From Cetorhinus maximus (lineage: Eukaryota), in assembly GCF_964194155.1 (NCBI RefSeq), contig NC_135900.1, positions 10,912,001 to 10,976,000 on the forward strand: DNA of 64,000 nucleotides. The letters are read 5' to 3'. The translations under genes and the position numbers were made by a program. Below, piece by piece: positions 59,701 to 64,000 of this stretch (its first letter is position 1; each line of letters opens with the position of its first letter). A model generated the notes under the pieces. That model saw nothing but the letters and a program-made list of their open reading frames with translations, searched no databases and was not told the DNA's origin.

Positions 59701-61683
59701 TAACGTAATTTTTGTGTCACTGGCATATAGTGGACTTTCTCCCAAGAAGATTTGTGGCCAGAAACTTTAGAATCACAATGGGTTTTCATTTTGTAAATCT
59801 TTTCCTCAAAATTTATCTTAAATAGACATTACTCTATGGCTTTTAAAAGTACATAACTTTGCTGAAGTGTCATTCTAGGTTTGTGTCAGTGATAAAACTT
59901 GTCAAAGTCAGTGACTTGAGCTATGGATGAAATCTTCCCTGATGCAGTGGTGATTGATCATAAGTTCATAATAAATAGGAGGAAGAGGCCATCATACCTG
60001 CATCACCATTTCAATAGGAATGTGGCTAATCTGATTGTGGCTATAATTCCACTTTCCTGCACGCCACCCCCCCCACCCCCCAATAATCCTCGTTGGCTCC
60101 CTTGTAGATCAAAAATCTGTCTAAATCAGCCTTGAATATATTCAATGACCCAACCTCCACTGCTATCTGGGAGAGAATTCCAAAAACTAGCAACTCTCTG
60201 AGAGCAGTTTCTCCTCATCTCTATCTTATTTTTAAACTGTTCCCCCTCGTTCTGGACTTCCCCCATGAAGAAATATCCTTTCAGCATCTACAGAATCTTA
60301 TGTTTCAATGAGATCACCTTTCATTTTTCTAAACTCCAATGAGTAAAGGCCCAACCTGATCAACCTTTCCTCTTAAGACAACCCCGTTCATTCCAGGAAT
60401 CAACCTAGTAAACCTTCTCTGAACCGCTTCCAATGCAAGTATATTGCTTCTTAAGTAGGGAGAACAAAGCTGTACACAGTGCTCTAGGTGCGGTCTCACC
60501 AATGTGCTGATTGGTTGTAACAACACTTCTCCACTTTTATACTCCATCCCCCTTGCAATAAAAGCTAACGTTCCATTTACCTTCCTAATTATTTGCTGTA
60601 CCTGCAGGCTAACTTTTTGCCGTTCTCATACTAGGACACCCAAATTCCTCATTGGTATTCTGCAGTCTCTTTCCATTTAAATACTGCTCTGCTTTTCCGT
60701 TCATCCTGCCAAAATGGGCAACCTCCCACATAAAACTCTTCATTTGCCAAAATTTTTGCCCACTCGCTTAACCTATATTTATACCTTTGCAGTCTTTTGT
60801 TTTTCCCTCACAACTTGCTTTCCCTATCTATCTTTGTATCGTCTGTAAATTTGGCTACAATACAGTCAGTCCCTTCATTAATATAGATCATAAATAGTTG
60901 AGGTTCCAGCTCTGATTGCTATGGCACTCCACTCTTTACAGTTTGACAACCTGAAAATTATCCATTTATCCTGACTCTCTATTTCCTGTTAGTTAGCCAA
61001 TCCTCTACCTATGCTAATATATCACCCTCAACATCATGAGCTCTTATCTCGTGCAGTAAATTTTTATGTGGTGCCTTAACGAATGCCTTTTGGAAATCCA
61101 AATACTCTTCGGCTGGTTTCTCTTTATCCATTCTGCTTGTTACATCCCCAAAGAATTCTAATAAACTTGTCTAACACCGTTTCCCTTTCACAAACCATGT
61201 TGACTCTGCTTGTTTGTATTATGATTTTCTAAGCATCCTGCCATTACCTCCTTAATAACATTTTCCCAATGACAACTCTTAGGGTAATTGGCCTATAGTT
61301 TCTTGCTTTCTGTCTCTCTCTTTTTTTGAATAAAGGTGTTATGTTTGTGGTTTTCCAATTCACTGGGACCTTTCCAGAGCCTAGGGAACTTTAAGCTGCA
61401 CACAAAAACCACAAGCCATTTCAAGATTTGGTGTTATTGTGTTCTTTCAGCAGCTCCAAAACGTAAAAGAGGAAGACCTCCAGGATCGCAGAAAAATAAG
61501 TCTGAAGGAACAAGCACCAAACGTGGCAAAACAGATGGGAAATCAGGGGGGAAGCAGGAAAAAATCACCAATGCTTTTAAAGTTACAAAAAGAAAAATTG
61601 ATCGATTCAATGGAACAACTGAAGCTGAACTTTTAACAAAAACCTTACCGGATATATTGACCTACGGTTTAGACATTGTGATT
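56427..61683 (+). CDS. TDG: G/T mismatch-specific thymine DNA glycosylase, first three coding exons (continues beyond the window)
   Basis: Exons 56427-56473, 56588-56712, 61451-61683, phase-consistent; exon 3 KQEKITNAFKVTKRKIDRFNG..EAELLTKTLPDILTYGLDIVI matches the start of the TDG catalytic domain. Exons 1-2 are supported by splice signals and phase only. Confidence 0.9.
56995..58860 (-). mobile_element. Decayed L2-type LINE with a CR1 3' fragment inserted (~57350-57635, +)
   Basis: KTNLDSSSPANYRLIFSIPFLSKVFECAIASQ; IQHWMSRNFF; SSLKTLLKT. Confidence 0.75.
59980..61390 (-). mobile_element. Decayed CR1 LINE
   Basis: MEYKSGEVLLQ..LVRPHLEHCVQL..LEAVQRRFTRLIPG. Confidence 0.85.
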
Positions 61684-61959
61684 GTGAGTTAACGTTTCCC
61701 GTTATTTTATTAATTTGATTTAGTCCGATTGAAATGAGCAGAAGATTGTTCTAGATCATGATTAAGTCTCCAGAGAAAAAGATTAAATATTTTTATGGTG
61801 AAAGCAACATGATAAGAAACAGAAATCTGTCAGGTACTTGAATGAGAACGGTGCAGGGATATGTGTTCTTGTATGCTTTAGCATAGTGGCAAGCTTCAGA
61901 TGGCTTTTGTTGTCTCCTTTCCTTGGGGAGGTTAATTAAAGATTAACTCTATCCAGTGC

Positions 61960-63150
61960 TATCATGCCAGAAGACAAGAAGTTTGCAAATGTTACACCAC
62001 TGCTTCAAAACTGGAGAGGGATAAACCTAACAATTACAGGCCCATCAGCCAGTAGTGGGGAAGCTTTTGGAAACATTAATCTGAGACAAAATTAATTGAC
62101 ACTTGAAAATATATGGGTTAAGAAATGAAAGTCATCACAATTTGTTAAAAGCACTTCATGTTTGACTAAGTTTGTCAGCCTTTCATGAAGTAATGGAGTG
62201 GGTGAGTGAGAATGCTGCAGTTGATATTGTGAATATGGATTTTCAAAAGATTTGATAATGTACCAGCTAATTGAGTAGCACAAAATAGACTTGTTAGCAA
62301 AGTTGAAGTCCATGGGATTAAAGGGGCTATGATTGTGTTGATACGAAATTGGTCGAGGGACAGAAAATGGAGAGTAGCACAAGTCTTTGAAGGTGGTAGG
62401 ACAAGTTGAAAAAACTGTTGAAGGGGCATTTGGGATCCATGGCTTTATATATAGAGGCATAGAGTACAAAATCAGGGAAGTTATACTAATCCTTTATAAA
62501 ACACAGTTTAGGTTCCAGGTGGAGTATTGTGGCCAATGCTGAACACTATGCTTTAGAAAGGATGTCAAGGCCTTTAGAGAGGGCGCAGAGGAGATTTACT
62601 GAACTGTACAAAGGATTTTTAAAATCTACAAAATTGTGGACAAACTAGTGAAACTGGCGTTAGGCTGATGGGCCTGTAATTGTTAGTTTTATCCCTCTCC
62701 TGTTTTGAAGCAGGGGTGTAATATTTGCAATTTTCCAATCCTCTGGCATCACTCCCATATCTAAGTCCATAAGGCAGGGAAGGTTAAGGGGAGGTTTGAT
62801 AGAGGTGCTCACAATCATGAGGAATGTTGAGAGTGTAAATAAGGGAAAACTTTCCAGTAGCAGATGATTCAGTAACCAGAGAACACAGATTTAAGGTAAT
62901 TGACAGAAAAACCAGAAGTGACATGAAGAAATTTTTATTTTAAACAGTAAGTTGTTGAAATCTGGAATGCACTACCTGAAAGGTTGGTGGTTGCAGAATC
63001 AATAATAACTTTCAAAAGAGTGTTAGATAAATACCTGAAAAGGAAAGATTTGTTAGGCAGTGTTGTTGGAGGAGACGAATTTGATAGCTCTTCTAAAAGG
63101 CTTGCACAGGTATGATGGACTGAATGGTCTCCCTCTGTACTGCATTATTC
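61960..63150 (+). mobile_element. Decayed, internally rearranged CR1 LINE
   Basis: aattacaggcccatcagcc (NYRPIS), atggattttcaaaag, CR1 3' UTR; inverted internal copy at 62663-62749. Confidence 0.75.
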
Positions 63151-63879
63151 TATGAAATATCTAACGCATTATTTTTCTGAAATTATAATTGGAAAAGTAA
63201 CTTTCTTTCTTGCAATCTGAATTACAATTCTAAACTGACAGAAAGCGATCGGTCATCATCATGCTAATTTAACGTGGGGAGCCAATATGTTAACAAGGGA
63301 CATTACATTGCCTAGTGTAGTTGAAAGGTAGAATTGGTTTGGTTGCTATTATAGGGTGAATAACTTACATGGGAAAAATAACCAGCACTTTTAATTAGGT
63401 ATATTTGCCTGACATTTTTAGACTTGTATTGCTGCAGATTCCTCGATTGCCACATAGAGGTGCTGGTGATCTTTTGAAAATCAATGTTCAGTATGCATTT
63501 TTGAATCTTAAAGTTTATTTAAATTGCTATTGCAGCGACTTTCCTGTTAACTAAAATATTTAAGAAGCTTTAGGAAGCCATGCTGCTAAACAGTTGTTCT
63601 TCTGTTGAGGCTACCCGCTAGCATTCATTCCTCTACTTACAGTGCTGTAAAATGGCAAGACCGGCCAGACTTGGTGCTTTTAAGTCCACAGACACTGCTT
63701 AATATACAATGAGGGAATGAGGTTCGTTTATTGCTGGTTTCTGAACGAAGGTTCCCACATGGAGAGGGAAAGCTTGATTGCTTTATCAGTTAATGGTAGA
63801 GCTTTAAAAGTGGTCTTTTTTTTTAAAAATATATATATATATACTGGCAACAAGAGACTGTTTCCTATTATCACATTAT

Positions 63880-64000
63880 AGGGGAGGCGATACCGTAATG
63901 ATATTGTCGCTGAGCTAGTAACCCAGAGGCCTGGGTTTGAATCCCGCCACGACAGATGGTTGAATTCAATAAAAATCTGGAATTAAAAATCCGATGATGA
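63880..64000 (+). mobile_element. 5' end of a SINE/LINE-associated repeat, truncated by the window edge
   Basis: gggtttgaatccc B-box-like motif followed by gaattcaataaaaatctggaatt. Confidence 0.55.

Overview
Vertebrate genomic DNA, most likely a cartilaginous fish judging from its shark-type CR1, Penelope, Harbinger and DeuSINE repeats. It carries the conserved four-gene block TTC41-like (-) / HSP90B1 (+) / UQCC6 = BRAWNIN (-) / TDG (+), arranged as two head-to-head pairs. HSP90B1 is complete (18 exons, 793 aa, ends KDEL, two perfect ERSE boxes in the promoter). UQCC6 is a complete 77-aa two-exon microprotein missed by the ORF track. TTC41-like (5 coding exons found) and TDG (3 coding exons) are partial. 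Most of the remainder is transposon-derived. The most unusual signals are: (1) a Gypsy/Mag LTR element whose RT-RNaseH-integrase is replaced by an in-frame, cellular-looking coiled-coil segment; (2) a Harbinger transposon in a TTC41 intron that carries a 305-bp copy of the neighbouring host exon with its splice acceptor; (3) Penelope pseudo-LTRs with minimal hammerhead ribozymes that have a non-canonical core (CUGCCGA/CUGUUGA), including ~90-100-bp fold-back insertions. Gene, ERSE, LTR, TIR and TSD coordinates were read base by base. Boundaries of decayed repeats are approximate. No database searches were run, so homology calls rest on recalled motifs.
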